A stretch of DNA of 64,000 nt from positions 133,362,001-133,426,000 of the forward strand of contig NC_042999.1 of assembly GCF_006345805.1 (NCBI RefSeq). Direction: 5' to 3'. How positions within the stretch are numbered: the first letter of the stretch is position 1; each line of letters begins with the position of its first letter. The notes under the pieces are model-generated. The model did not search any database. It saw only the letters and a list, made by a program, of their open reading frames with translations, and had not been told where the DNA came from. This document shows, piece after piece, positions 12,579 to 25,907 of the stretch. This DNA is from Octopus sinensis. Its lineage: Eukaryota. A program made the translations under genes and the position numbers.

Positions 12579-12948
12579 CCGTGTTAGTTTTTTGTAAAAA
12601 TATTTTTTTTAAAGTTTATTCTTTGATTTACATAACTGATATTATAAATCACTAGATACGGTAGAAGATTGGTCGAGATAGCAGTAATTGCTAACAGATT
12701 GGGCCCAGGAGAGTGGATGACCTATAAGAAGTTATAATGTTGACATAGGAACCCGTAAATGGAGATGAGATAGATCTAACATGGTTACTACTACAATAAT
12801 TTATTAAATTACTGTATTTCTATATTACAGATAGAAAGAGAGAGAGATAGAGAGAGAGTATAGATAGATAAATAGCTATAAAGTTTGAGAGTTGTATATA
12901 GTATGTGCTGAATATGTATGTATTCATATGTGTATATATATAATATAT

Positions 12949-12999
<51 letters not shown>

Positions 13000-13117
13000 C
13001 ATATATATATATATATAAGTCCAAAATAATGGTGAAAAATTGGATATTAATTTAATAACATCAATTTAAACACCAGTGGTCTAGCGCATAAAAGTCTGAG
13101 ATTCAGTAAATATTATT

Positions 13118-13803
13118 AATACACAAATATGAGAGAGAATCCACTATGTGGACGCTCTTACGCAAGATATAGATCCGCAAAGGGACTTAACCACTAAGAG
13201 TTGTTCTCAAGAAAAAATTTAGCACACTAAAAACGTAAGCGAGCAGGACAAATGAAAAGTAACAAAAATATAGATTAACCCCATGCAATTGTTTCACTGT
13301 TAATAAATTATGCAATTTTACTTACATAATTATCCTCAGATCATCGGTGGGGTACGTCATAAAATATAATTTGTCGAACTGCACGCTATATATTAACACG
13401 AGGTCAGAGACACGAGCAGTTCGGCCTATTATATTCACAGTTTCATTCAAATGCCCTCGTTCTAGCGCGCCAAATTTGAATGTAACTGTGAATATAATAG
13501 GCCGAAATGCTCGTGTCTCTGACCTTGTGTTAATATATAGCGTGCAGTTCGACAAATTATATTTTATGACGTACCCCACCGATGATCTGAGGATAATATG
13601 TAAGTAAAATTGCATAATTTATTAACAGTGAAAAATTGCATGGGGTTAATCTATATTTTTGTTACTTTTCATTTGTCCTGCTCGCTTACGTTTCTAGTGT
13701 GCTAAATTTTTTCTTGAGAAACAACTTAGTGGTTAAGTCCCTTTGCGGATCTATATCTAGCGTAAGAGCGTCCACATAGTGGATTCTCTCTCATATTTGT
13801 GTG
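13118..13803. mobile_element. Near-perfect ~690-bp palindrome of PLE pLTR type; degenerate hammerheads at 13279-13352 (-) and 13574-13645 (+)
   Basis: Arms of about 335 bp with only a few mismatches around a ~21-nt spacer at ~13455-13475. Arms read CCCCA-CCGATGA-tctg...cagt-GAAA(C)-AATT-GCA-TGGGG. Confidence 0.8.
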
Positions 13804-13805
13804 TG

Positions 13806-13849
<44 letters not shown>

Positions 13850-13854
13850 AAATT

Positions 13855-14045
13855 CTGGCACAAGGCAACAATTTCAGGGGAAGAATAAACCGATTACATC
13901 GACCTTGGTGCTCCACTGGTACTTATTTCATCAACCCCCGAATGGATGAAAAGCAATGCCTACCTTGGTAGAATTTTAACTCAGAACGTGGAGACGACGA
14001 AATGCCGCTAAGCATTTCACCCGGCGTGCAAATGACTGTGCTCGC
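13855..14045 (-). mobile_element. tRNA-derived SINE fragment; related pieces at ~40400-40510, 52020-52145, 52495-52620
   Basis: Shared ...tacttatttcatc.acccc.a..ggatgaaaggc...gaactcagaa... core with a tRNA-like head on the minus strand. Confidence 0.6.
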
Positions 14046-15029
14046 TCACTGACTTTATACGAAGCACGTACATTCTCACGCACTCATACATGCGGTTCAC
14101 AAACAGATGTATGTATATTGGTTTTCAGTCGAAATTAATAATGCTATATTCTTACATTAAGAACTGCAGGTCAACCAGTACTAGAAAGAGCATAAATATT
14201 CTTTCGTTACTCAAAGATAACTCATGCCCTGTACAAAATCGCTGAAAACCCTTCTATCATGTAATTTATCCTGCTAGATTGGACCAACAAGGAAACCTCA
14301 ACATTCTCACTTATTCTGCTAAAAGCATCATCTATGTTCCTTTTAAATCGTACTGCACCGGCTTAAAAGAGGAAAACTCATTACTTAATGATATCTTAGA
14401 AACCTCTTTTTTTTCTGAAAAAATACATATTGAATCTTCGTAGCTTGGAACATTTTTGATTATAGCATGATCCCCTGTAAGTGAAGTGTGCATAACGTTG
14501 TGATAATACCAGTGGGTCGCAAACTAAAACTAACTCCGAATATTATGGACGTATTTACTCTCATTCTCTTTATTAATCCTTAACACTATAGGAAGAAAGC
14601 CTGGAATTTTGAGGAGAGTGCTAGTCGATTACACCGACAGCTCCAATGACAGCTCCTTAAAATTTCTAGAGACTTATCTAATGACTTTTTAGAAAATTTC
14701 TCTAGTGTATATTTTCTTGTGATGTTATCTAATCGCTCAGTGATTATATGAGTAATTGTGCTGGCGTGGGAGATTACAGGTCAGAGTATTGCTCCGGGGT
14801 TCTTTTTAAGAGTCTTAAACGTATGTTGGATTAACACTGGTCGTACCGAGCGGTCATACATGACCGCTTTTGCATTTTACTTTTTAATTTCTACATCTGT
14901 ATTGAATGTGAAATCCTAAGCATCATTTCATATATATATCATATGTCTATATTATATATATTTATATTTTATATTTATATTTTATCTAGTTTCAGCTCAC
15001 GAGCTGTGGCCATGCTGGGGCACCGCCAT

Positions 15030-15420
15030 TCGGTGTTGCTACATGATTTTACTTCACGAATGCTTTTTAGCAATTGCCATTTGGTGCATGAGAGAGTTCG
15101 ATGCAGCTGTCCTCATCTGCACCTCCTGCCATGAAGTTGGTTCATCTGAGACACCTGCCAGGAAGAGATCCAGTTTTATTTTAAAGACATCTGCATCCAC
15201 CCCATGCAGGTCTCTCTGGTCCTTCGGGGGGATATCGAAGAGCTGTGGGCCTCTGAAGCCCAGGCTATCACAGTATCTTGTCCTACATTTTGATGGTAAA
15301 TTTGGAGTCCTTGGCACTATGTAGTGGCGCCCAGTTCTAGTATTTGTGTAACTCTCGATGCCAAAGTTTGGGACAAGTCCTTCCAGGATCTTCCAGATGT
15401 ATATATAATTATGAGCATAA
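15030..15420 (-). mobile_element. CR1/L2-group LINE 3' end relic
   Basis: SKCRTRYCDSLGFRGPQLFDIPPKDQRDLHGVDADVFKIKLDLFLAGVSDEP is typical of CR1/L2-group ORF2 C-termini; same family at 46365-46600. Confidence 0.7.
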
Positions 15421-15529
15421 TTTCGTACATATATATTTTTGTGCGTAATTTTTTTTTCAATAGATCCTAAAGGATCCTTTTTTCAAATCCTTTATTCACT
15501 GTATTAGCTTATATTTAAAATAAGTTCAA

Positions 15530-16100
15530 TGAAATAAAGGTTTTCAATGCCGGTCATGGTACTTCTAGTGTTAAGCGCTTTTTCTACATACGCGTATTCG
15601 CCGCGCTAATAAATTTAGAGTGTTTGATTTATAATTGCTCAGTGTTTTCAATTTCGATAAATTTGATATTATCATATACTATGATGTTGATTTTAGTAAT
15701 ATATTCATCTTTGTTCATAATAAACAGATTATTCTTATTGCCTTTTTACACATTGCAATTTTATCGATAATGTTCATTTCCTGTAGAGCTAGTTTAAAAT
15801 TCTTGTTAAGTGCCTTTTTAGTTGTGTTTATATCTCGGTTTATCACCTTCACATCTGAAAAAAATCTTGCAATTTATCTTTAATTTTTATTGTAATTTTA
15901 TCACTAAGAGTTTCGAGAGATTGATGGAGCAATTCAAGTTTGATATTTTTAATGTTCCGACAATAATTTCCTTTGAAGTTTGTGCCGAAATAAAGGAGTG
16001 AAATTTAATATGTGATCTAAGATGTTGAGAAAAAAATATCTTTTTGAGTAGATATTAATATTTCTACATTACAAAGACTTCTAACTTTCCATATATTGGT
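15530..16100 (-). pseudogene. Highly decayed PLE RT N-terminal relic
   Basis: KGNKNNLFIMNKDEYITKINII resembles the PLE motif DKGN.VV.M.K.DY..K; many stops. Confidence 0.3.
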
Positions 16101-18511
16101 ACTCCTTAAATTCAGCGATAACGTTTTAATCATGATATTTTTTTTTTTCCATATGCATGATCTTTTGCAAAGTGGGCAAACAAGACGCCGCTAAATCTGC
16201 CTGTCAGTGACGGGTTGAATCTGAGTGCTTCTGAAAACTAGTGTTGCAAACTAACCATAAAGGTCTAACGAGGAACTATGAATAAACTAAATATACACTC
16301 ACAGGTGTGTGTGTTTGTGTGTTGTTGTTGTTATTGCTGATAAAATAAGGTGCCACTTCGAAAGGCGGTGGATGGATGAAATTGTAAGAACGTCGAGCAT
16401 GATGCCTTACATTCTTAATTCAAATCCTTGTTGTTGTTGTTGTTCTTTAACCCATGTCAGTTCACTGTAATCACCGAACATAAAGTACCAAGAATATAGG
16501 AAAACGACTTTTACATCCAACCATTCATCCAGCCATCCTACCATCCAGAGATACATACATACATGCATACATACATACATACATGCATACATACATACAT
16601 ACATACATACATACATACATACATACATACATACGTACATACATACATACATACATACATACATACATACATACATACAGAGAATGCAAATCCTTAATTC
16701 ATATGCTACAAATGTTCACGTTATCTGCGACTATAATAGTCTCCAAGACCTTCTCAAGATTTAAGGGATGATGGTTAAAACATGATACTTTCCTTCATAA
16801 TCTTGCTGTGAAGTAGGTGGCTGGTCAAACTTTACTCAAAGTTAAAAAGAGAAAGAGAACGAACATACATACATACATACATACATACATACAGACAGAC
16901 AGACATACAGACAGATATACAGACAGACAGACATATACACATGGTGGCTTTCAACTCGTAGACAAGTACGGCCATCTGGGACAATTAATCTTATCCTAGA
17001 TGTTGAAGACAGCTGCTATCAGTAGTGCCTTATGCTGAAATTAAAAGCCATTAACAGCTTGCACAACACTGCTAAGACCCACCTTCAAAACCAAGTAGTT
17101 CAAAAACAAGCAAAACCAAGATCTCCTACTTCGCAATGAAGAGGGTGTTATTTCAGTGTTTCCTCCTTCTATGTAGATGTTTAAACAAAGATTAGGGGCC
17201 GTTGGTTCTACTGATTTCATCCTTTCTTTGACAGGTTTTTTTTTGTTTCATCCTGCAGGTGATCCAACGAAAACAACCCTCCTCACAAAGTAGGGTTGGT
17301 AAAGTTGCCAGTTTATTCGCTAACAACCAAACTATACGATAAGCTGTACTGGTTACATGTTACCAACAGCAGTAAGGGTGACCTGACAAAGCTGCTTACA
17401 TTCATACACGCATGCATACACACACATATATATACACACACACATACCTATGCAGCGGTAGCTAAATAGTTGAATGATCTCCCTTGCAAGAAAGATTATA
17501 GAGTAACCCCCCTTTCTATGTTTCTCGAAGCATCTGTGTCATGAGACGTAATTCTTAATTATTCGGGAAGCTTAGTGCTTCTCTTGGAAGTTTCTAGAAT
17601 GTCTAGCATTCCATTAATAAAAGGAGCTTGCTAACCCTGCCCTTTGCTTCTTAGGTGATCACGTCATTGCTCTGTCCGTCTATTTCTCTACGCCACATGA
17701 CTGAAAAGCACCACTTAGCTATTATTTCTACATTTCCTATCTCTGAACTTTCTTGCATAGATTACTTCATTCAAATAGATTCTACATTTTGATTATGTTT
17801 CATCGTCGGTCAATTAATAGAATAAATTTTTGTGTAGTAAATATATAGTTCTTGAATTTATTCTTCATCTCTATATGAACTTTTGTAATAATATACACGC
17901 AGCCACACCAACAACCGGTACTGACCATATATTTCCACTACACATAGATACATACATACATACATACATACATACATACATACATACATACATACATACA
18001 TAATACATACATAGCCAGAAAAAGAAAGCTAATTCGAAGACTACAGACTCAAGCTATTACTGGAAGTGTCAAAATCTGTAAAATTTTCCAGAAGTTTATC
18101 ATTTAAGTATATATAATATAAGCATGCCAAGATATGCAAGTATATGCATGAGAAGACATATATTAAAGAAATCATACAAATCTGCACATAAACATACATA
18201 CATACATACATACATACACATACATACATACATACATACATACATACATACATACATACATACATACATACATACAAAAATGCATACATACTTAAACACA
18301 TACATACATATACATACAAAAATACCCTGTTCATGTTGTTAAAATTTCAATGGAGCCTTGGATCTAGGTTAGAAACCGGCTCTTTCTCTATTGGCAAGAA
18401 ATCTTGAAATGAAACTGAATGATGGCATACATACATACATGCATACATTCATTCATGCATGCATGCCGATATACCTACATACATACATACATACATACAT
18501 ACATACATACA

Positions 18512-18545
<34 letters not shown>

Positions 18546-18960
18546 CATACATACATACATACATACATAGTCTATCTGTTGGTCGATTTCTTTTGCTCAC
18601 TGGTTTTAGCAAAAGGAGAAACCATAGTAAGTGCGAATAAGATGGATGATCATGCGTGAAATGCCTTTCTTAATTATGCCTCATCAAGCTAAACAACGAA
18701 AACAGTCATCGAAATAATAATAATAAAAGAATGTGAACTAAATAATCACTATATACTCAGGTTCCACACAGAATTCTGTCGTTCACTTTTGTGATATGAT
18801 GCTTTCATTCTTTTTATTTGTCTGATTTTAATAACGCTCAACGATTTTCATAGAACTAAAATTATTTATTCAATTAAGAATTTCATTTATCACAGATACG
18901 ATCAAATGATTGTTGTACACATATAAATGGAAATCTTTTGGTTGTGATCACTCGACTTAC

Positions 18961-19218
18961 CCAATATTGTATTCTACCAACGATGAATTAGTGACAAGAC
19001 CCACTAAAATAGTGGTTCCAAGCAAGCACCAAAACGATAATGAAACAGTCAACGACAACAGGATTGTTGATTTCTCCGCATAGTAAAAGTTGATGACCCG
19101 CATGGGGAGTCTGATTTTTCTCTCAGGAAAAAACAACTTGTTACTATCAACTAATACTAGACGTAAATGAATATCACCTGGCAACCACAGAAGAAACTTC
19201 TCCGAACCAATATCAACA
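18961..19218 (-). CDS. Candidate exon, anoctamin/TMEM16-like pre-TM1 motif plus TM1
   Basis: Donor ATTGG|GTAAGT. Acceptor gtcttatcag| at 19218 (phase 2), with a stronger alternative tttcttctgtggttgccag| at 19177 (phase 1). Stop-free frame ...RLPMRVINFYYAEK-STILLSLTVSLSFWCLLGTTILVGLV... aligns with anoctamin QP.D.(I/V)R.YFGEK + TM1. Confidence 0.6.
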
Positions 19219-20212
19219 CTGATAAGACACTGTAATCAGTGTGTTTCCATACATGCTAATATATAGCCACGATCAATAACGTATTTGACAGCTATTTCTA
19301 GCCAGGTTTCGTCATTTTCAACAACTATTTTTCTTGCATAGTTCTAGAAATAAATTATTTTTGTAACGTATCTGTCTAATCGGAGTCTCAGCTACATGTT
19401 CCAGTCCGTCATTTCATTACTGCCATAGTGTAAATAGTTAAAAAAATACAAAAAGGGAAATATTCCTTGCCACATATTCTCTACTTAATGATGTTCTTAT
19501 TCCAATGACACAAGCAGCTATATTCTCTTTAACAATCTCTCAGTGATCTGGAGACGCGAACATTTGGTTCACGCAGTTAGCAGCATACTTTTCGACTAAC
19601 TAAATCCCGTCAAATTCTCATATCTCAATTTGTTAATAAGTGTCTTTCCGCCAATCTTAAGTGGTGAAATAAAGGACAGAATTACAGCTCCTGCAGGTAC
19701 CATTTCGTATCAGGAAATTAAACTAGAGATATTAAAGCGCACGTCCAGTTCCCCGCAAAGGAGCTCTGGTCACCTCCTCTACAGTGAAACTTTAGAAGAT
19801 AAGGCCTTCCCAGCTTCTATGAAGACGAAGGAATTGCTAGAAAGTAATTCCTTAGAGGAAAATAATTCCTAACATGAAACTGTTGTCATTGTCACGTTTA
19901 TTGCCGAATGTACAGGCAATTTTTACAGTAAAGGATCCCAGCTCTGTTGTCGGAATTAGCGGATAGCAATTTAGACATACCACTTCCAGCTTGCTCTAAG
20001 TATTTTGTTACTTGTAACTCTCTTCGAAGCACTTCATTTTTTCTGCATATTCAACTTCTCGTTCCAGAAAATGAGAGAAAAAAGCTCGCAGAACTCATTC
20101 ATAGTGTTGGTACCATTACAGATTTCGGCTCGAATACTCACTGCTGTATACAAACTTGTTCTTTTAATCTGATTTCAAGCAACAGGATAACTTAGACGCC
20201 AAGGACTAAGTT

Positions 20213-20264
20213 AAGCGCCTTATTGTAGAAGTGCCAACTGTGGCACTTCTACAGTAAGGCGCTT
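20213..20264. repeat. 24-bp hairpin with 4-nt loop followed by a T-tract
   Basis: aagcgccttattgtagaagtgcca-actg-tggcacttctacagtaaggcgctt-ttttt; one G-U pair. Confidence 0.85.
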
Positions 20265-21416
20265 TTTTTTTTCCATCGATATCTCGTTTTCTCGTGAAAA
20301 CAGGTGCTGAGTGCATTTTTTGGTTGTACAATTTTTTTACAAGGCAGACAGTAGCCGATAATGGTTAATTTGCAAAATTTAAACCATTCAACAATTCACT
20401 CTTACAGAGAAAAACCTATAAAGTTTAACTTGAATTTACGTAGTTTCAAATGGTTTTTCATCGTAGCTTCAGGATCATTTAATCGGAAAAGGAAGAAGAG
20501 AAAATTCTTTTAACATCAGAATCACAATCATTTAACGAGATGAAAGAGAAATTATCCAGAGTCAGCTTATTAACCAAGCAGTAACAGAAACAAACCTTTC
20601 TCTGTAAGTGGATGCTTCTGGTGTAAGAATCGCTGTTGTTTTAGAACAGTATAATCAGGAGTCTTGGTAAACTTTGTTATTTTTCTCGAAGTGTTTGAAA
20701 CTGGCTGAAAGTAGATATAGTTCATTCGATCAGAAATTATTAGCGTCATATTTAACAGTAAAGTACATTCGTCATTACCTGGAAGATAGAATCATTATCA
20801 TACATACTGACCAGAAGCTATAATTTTAAACGTTCTCCATAGGGGACCTTTATATGTATCACAATTTACTGCCGATATTTGTTGTATCACGGGCTCTAAT
20901 AATTGCACAGCTGGTGCTTTATCGCAATTTCATATAAATTCCTTGCACTACGGTGAAGCCATTGACTTTGAAAAAATTGCTGTAGACCAGGAAACGAATG
21001 GAAAATTAACACAATTGGAGAACTCTGTATAATCTGTAGAGTTCCATGTAGTTCTTCCATACTCTACGAGGCATACTTTGTGTGATATTTCTGCCGTCCA
21101 AGAACGATATTTTGTACCTACCAAACATAGAAGCTCCATTTCCCTTCTCTTCACAATATATCTAATCCGGGAGTCACAGATGATTCCTGTGGCCAAATAT
21201 GTACAAGAATATTTGTCAAAGGACTAAGAATTGTAAAATATTGTCAAAAAGCAAAAGCTCAGCGTCAACTAAGAGTGCCCTTAAGAAATTTTGCTACACC
21301 AGTTGCACGTTTTCAACACACGCATACGGAAACTGCTGGACCGTTATCACTTGTCCAGGACTAAATGTATCAGTTGACATGTAGTGATCAGTTCTCTATT
21401 GGGTCTGAAGCTGTTA

Positions 21417-21421
<5 letters not shown>

Positions 21422-21448
<27 letters not shown>

Positions 21449-21755
21449 TTTCTTTCGCCCTTTTCAAGCCTAGCCAGGCTCATGCGCCCGGTTTCTAGGT
21501 TTCTGTGGCGTATGTGTTCCCCTCAGCTGGACGGGACGCCAGTCCATCGCAGCGTTACTCAAGAAACAGGAAGAGAGAGTGAGAGAAATTTGTGGCGAAA
21601 GAGTACAACTGGGGTCACCACCATCCCCTGCCTGAGCTCGTGGAGCTTTAAATGTTTTGGCTCAATAAACACACACAATGTCCGGTCTGGGAATCGAAAC
21701 TGCGATCCTCCGACCGAGAGTCCGCTGCCCTAACCCCTGGGCCATTGCGCCTACA
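21422..21755 (-). mobile_element. tRNA-derived SINE with V/Meta-SINE-like central domain, inserted in the Gypsy integrase
   Basis: TSD ctgttatatta at 21411-21421 and 21756-21766; head ggcgcaatggcccaggggttaggg...gtttcgattcccagacc; central ctgcgatggactggcgtcccgtccag; (TAA)n tail. Confidence 0.82.
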
Positions 21756-21771
21756 CTGTTATATTACCATA

Positions 21772-22591
21772 TCTATAAAAGGCATGATGTGTGTGTGTGC
21801 GTGTGTGTGTGTGTACGTGATTGTAATTTATGCACATCCACAAATTAGCACGCATGTCGCTCAAATTTTAGGACATTCGTCAACATCCTATCTGGGTTTT
21901 GTCAACTTATTTTTTCCCGAGGCACCCGCGGATAGCGTAAAAATCTATTTTCAGCCATTGCTTTTAGCCGTAAAAATATCAGCCATAGCTTTTTTGACGG
22001 CGTCTAACAAAAACAAAACAAGATAAAGAAAAGTAGAAGAAGGAGGCAGAGAGTTTCACGGGAAAGACAAAGTGAGAGAGGGAGAGAGAGAGAGTAAGTG
22101 ACGACGTTCATAAAAAATATCAGCCATAGCTTTTTTGATGGCGTCTAACAAAAAAATAAGATAAAGAAAAGTGGAAGAAGAAGGCAGAGAATTTCACGGG
22201 AAAGACAAAGAGAGAGAGGGGGGAGAGAGAGTAAGTGACGACGTTCATAAAAAATGAAATGTATAATGTCCCCCTAAAATTTGAGCGATATGCATGTTCA
22301 AGTTCAGGATGATTTTGAAAGACACTATATTTTATAATCATAGTATATATACTTTCTCACACAACAATTACAATATATTTATTTTAGATCATTTATTTAT
22401 TTTAAATCGATCGTCTTCCCCCCTCTCTCATACACATTACTTTGGGTGCGAAAGAGTTTTGTTTATATTTTACGCCGAGTAAAAAAGTGTTTTGTTGAGA
22501 GTCGATATTACTTAGTTTGGTTTGAAATAAAGAACTTGATTAGCTTAATAATCGTAACTTAATGCCGGGCAAAGCCGGGCTATACTGCTAG
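21772..22591 (+). mobile_element. Non-autonomous Helitron
   Basis: A|TCtataaaagg 5' end; ccgggcaaagccgggctatactgCTAG|T 3' end with GC hairpin; no TSD; internal ~139-bp tandem duplication (21971-22250); splits the Gypsy integrase. Confidence 0.82.
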
Positions 22592-23895
22592 TACATTATA
22601 TTTCAACGGCAACGATAGCTGAGTGTTGCTTTATAACTGCGTTGTGGAATTCCAGCAAAGATAACGGCTGACAGAGGCAGGCAACTTGAATCTAGTTTGT
22701 TTGCTGAATTAACGCAACTGCTTGATACTAAGCAGATTCGATCTTCGGCTTATCATTCTGCAAAACATGGAATGCTTTCATCAGCAACTTAAAACAATAC
22801 TTAAAGCAAAAGGCAACACGGATAGATGGTTGGAATATCTGCCGATTGCACTACTACATATTAGAACGTCAATTAAGGTAGACTTAATTTTTACTACGGC
22901 AGAACTGCTCTATGGCACGATATTAACGCTTCTGTACAGATTGTTGGAGATTCAAACGCATGTCACGATCTGTCTAATTATGGGCATCAACTGCGGAAAT
23001 TTACGTAGAATTTACCGAAACTATTATTCATACAACAAACATATATTCCATCTGGCACCATTAACTGCCCTCTTGTTTTTATCCGTAGTGGTGTGGTGCA
23101 AAAGTCTATATAGCAGACTTTATAGTGTTTTGCAGGCACATTCTACACATTTCATAATTTATGTCCATGATAAAAACAGCGACAGTAGTATGTACAGAAT
23201 GAAAAAAAGAAAAGTCATGCATTGATTGATATGCATAATAAACTCAATGCAAGAGGACATGTGTAACGCGGTTTCAGCCGAGTTTGGACAATCTCGCTCA
23301 AATTCTCCACTTTAGAAACACAGCCTAACAATATTGCAACAAAAAAGCCAGACTAGCCATAAGAAACAATCTGTCCTCAAAAATGGCATTAACATCTACG
23401 TGAACATGGCTCAGTCAATCAGGTTGACTCGAGTGTAGCCAAATAAACAATTGACATAGAAGATCTGTGAATTTTCCCGCCAAGCTTTTAGGAACTTCAA
23501 GGTTGTTATAAAATGCGGAGTTACTAAACTACCAAATAAAACATTTTTATGATAAGGTGTGCGCACTATTTCTAGTTAGCTGTCGTTAATAACTGAATGA
23601 TTTTTCACGTAATCAATTTATGCAGCATGTGATCATTCTCATCTTCTCAAGAAACTCATCAAGGGCTGAATGACCAGACCATTCCCTTCCCCTTCTCTCT
23701 TTCACGCGATATGCGTGTATATATACATGTATGTGTGTGTATATATATATGTGTGTGTGTCTGTGTGTGTGTATGTATATATATACATATATTCTACCAC
23801 TGGTATTTGATTGAGTACTCTTTTTTCCACCTTGTTTCACATTTATGTGTTTACTCCGGTATATATATATATATATATATATATAAGCCTTATAG

Positions 23896-24086
23896 GTATA
23901 AAACACCATCAACAATTATAAAAATGGAGAAGAGATGCTAAAAGATCAAAATTGGATTTAATATGCACTTACGAACGTTTCAGTCCTTGCATTGTCCTTT
24001 GAAACGTTCGTATGTGCATATTAAATCCAGTTTTGATCTTTTAACATCCCTTCTCCATTTTTATAATTGTTTATGGTGTTTTATAC
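23896..24086. mobile_element. 190-bp palindrome of pLTR type with 3' hammerhead halves at its centre
   Basis: gtataaaacacc...cttacgaacgtttca / tgaaacgttcgtatg...ggtgttttatac; each arm starts GAAAC-GTT-cgta. Confidence 0.7.
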
Positions 24087-24232
24087 ATATAATGAAGTTG
24101 AAACACTTGTTATTTTCATATTCTTATTGCTTGCTCTAGCAGGATGTTTCTGAATATGATAAATTTTTATTAGAAATTATTTTCTCCCTTTTTGGACTCC
24201 TCAAAAAGTTTGAATTGTTCTACTTGAACTTA

Positions 24233-24322
<90 letters not shown>

Positions 24323-24445
24323 AAGATTAATCAGCCGAAATTGCCAGGATGATCCGGTTCTTGACTGAAGATTAAAGGCTTCGAATGACCCGTCCGTGTT
24401 TTTTGTATCGTCTATTTGGATATTTTGCGTTCTTGTCCCATTTTG

Positions 24446-24477
<32 letters not shown>

Positions 24478-24482
<5 letters not shown>

Positions 24483-24790
24483 GGATGCATGACCTAATGG
24501 TTTGGGTGTTGCACTCATGATCGCGTGATCGTGGTTTCAATTGCTAGATCGGGTGGTGCGCTGTATTCTTGAGCCAAACACTTCATCACACGTTGCTCTG
24601 CGGTCACTTCACCTCAAGACTCGTCGTACACCGTTCTCCTGTCCAGGCAACGTCGATTTGATGGAAGGTGCCAGCTAATGTACACCACATACATTTGATC
24701 ACCATAAACAAATCATTTGTCGTTCGGCAAAACAAGGAAGCTGAACACTCATACGTTGTCCTATATATAAGCAACTGTTATTGCCGATGT
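24478..24790 (+). mobile_element. tRNA-derived SINE; related copy at 45918-46190
   Basis: atgacctaatggtttgggtgttgcactcatgatcgcgtgatcgtggtttcaattgc head; cacgttgctct and acatttgatcac.ataaacaaatca shared with 45918-46190. Confidence 0.65.
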
Positions 24791-25823
24791 GTTAGCGCTT
24801 GCTGTAAACAAATTAAATTAAAGGAAAGTTTTAAGTGGATGATGGTTGGGGTGACCATGTCTGTAGCGACTCGATCTGACTGATTGGAGTCCGAGTCTGC
24901 CAACTTCACACAATGCCAATCACCCAAGAACAACAAAACCAACAACAACAACTACTACTACTATAAATCAGTTCCACTCCTCTTCGCCGTTTTTCTCCTC
25001 CTACTTCTCCTCCTCCTCTCGCATAAAACTTTGTGACATTTGCTCTCCACCATAAGAGATTTTCAATTCATTTGTCATTTTACGCATCGCAAAACCACCC
25101 TCTTTCATCATCTTGCTCCTCCCTTTCTCTCTCTCTCTCTCCTTCTCTCTTTCTCTCTCTCTCTCTCTCTCACTCTCATTCCCTCTCCCTATGTTGCTTT
25201 GAGTGTGCACGCACACATATGTCCTTCCCCCTCACTTCCTTGTAGCAATGTTCATGCGGCAGCTGTTTAATAGACTGAACGCTGAAAGATAATGCGCGTG
25301 GATGGTTAGTTGAATGTTTGATTGAACACATGGATGGGTGGCTGGCTAGCTGGCTGGCTGGCTGGACGGCTGGATGCCTGGATGGCTAGCTGGCGGGATG
25401 GCGGGATGGCGAGATGAATGGCCCGAAGCATGTGAGGATAGTTTCAATCTCCAAGTTTCTCAACGGATTGTGAAACCTATACAACCCAGATGAACAATGT
25501 TTCTTTGCTTTTTCTTTAATATATACACATGCATGGCTGTATCAGTGTGTATCTGTATCTACATATCTCTATTCGATAAAGTTTACGTGTGTTTACATGC
25601 GTGATTGTCTACAAGCGTTTGTTAGCAAAGTCGTATGTATAAGTCAGTGCGTGCGCATAAATGTGGGATTAAAATTTTCATGCATTTGTACCATTGTGTT
25701 ACCGATGTATCAAATAACGTACATCTGTGTGTGTATGTACACTTATGTCGATCTATATCGATCTATCTGTATGTCTATAAATCTCTCTCTCATTCTTTCT
25801 CTCTCTCTCTCTCTCTCTCTCTC

Positions 25824-25866
<43 letters not shown>

Positions 25867-25871
25867 ATATG

Positions 25872-25907
<36 letters not shown>

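Larger units (their letters stand above)
19262..23600 (+). mobile_element. Decayed Ty3/Gypsy LTR retrotransposon (gag, RNase H, integrase relics; RT largely missing)
   Basis: gag ISVFPPILSGEIKDRITAP...YQEIKLEILKRTS (19630-19870); RNase H VDASGVRIAVVLEQ...ESRYSSFDQKLLASYLTVKYIRHYLE (~20605-20815); integrase AGPL...LTCSDQF...EAV (~21320-21413), KITADRGRQLES and WLEYLPIALLHIRTSIK.DL..TTAELLYG (22660-22930); weak LTR-start similarity tatagcc/tgtagcc at 19262 and ~23434. Confidence 0.8.

Noticed and set aside
15580-15650. GAAT-ACGCGT-AT palindrome resembling stem III on the minus strand
   Set aside because: No CUGANGA partner and it lies in a PLE RT coding relic.
18961-19177. Nicotinic/chemotactile receptor M2 similarity (EK..TILLSLTV)
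   Set aside because: No M1 helix upstream and wrong spacing to the following motif; the anoctamin alignment explains more residues and the other exons.
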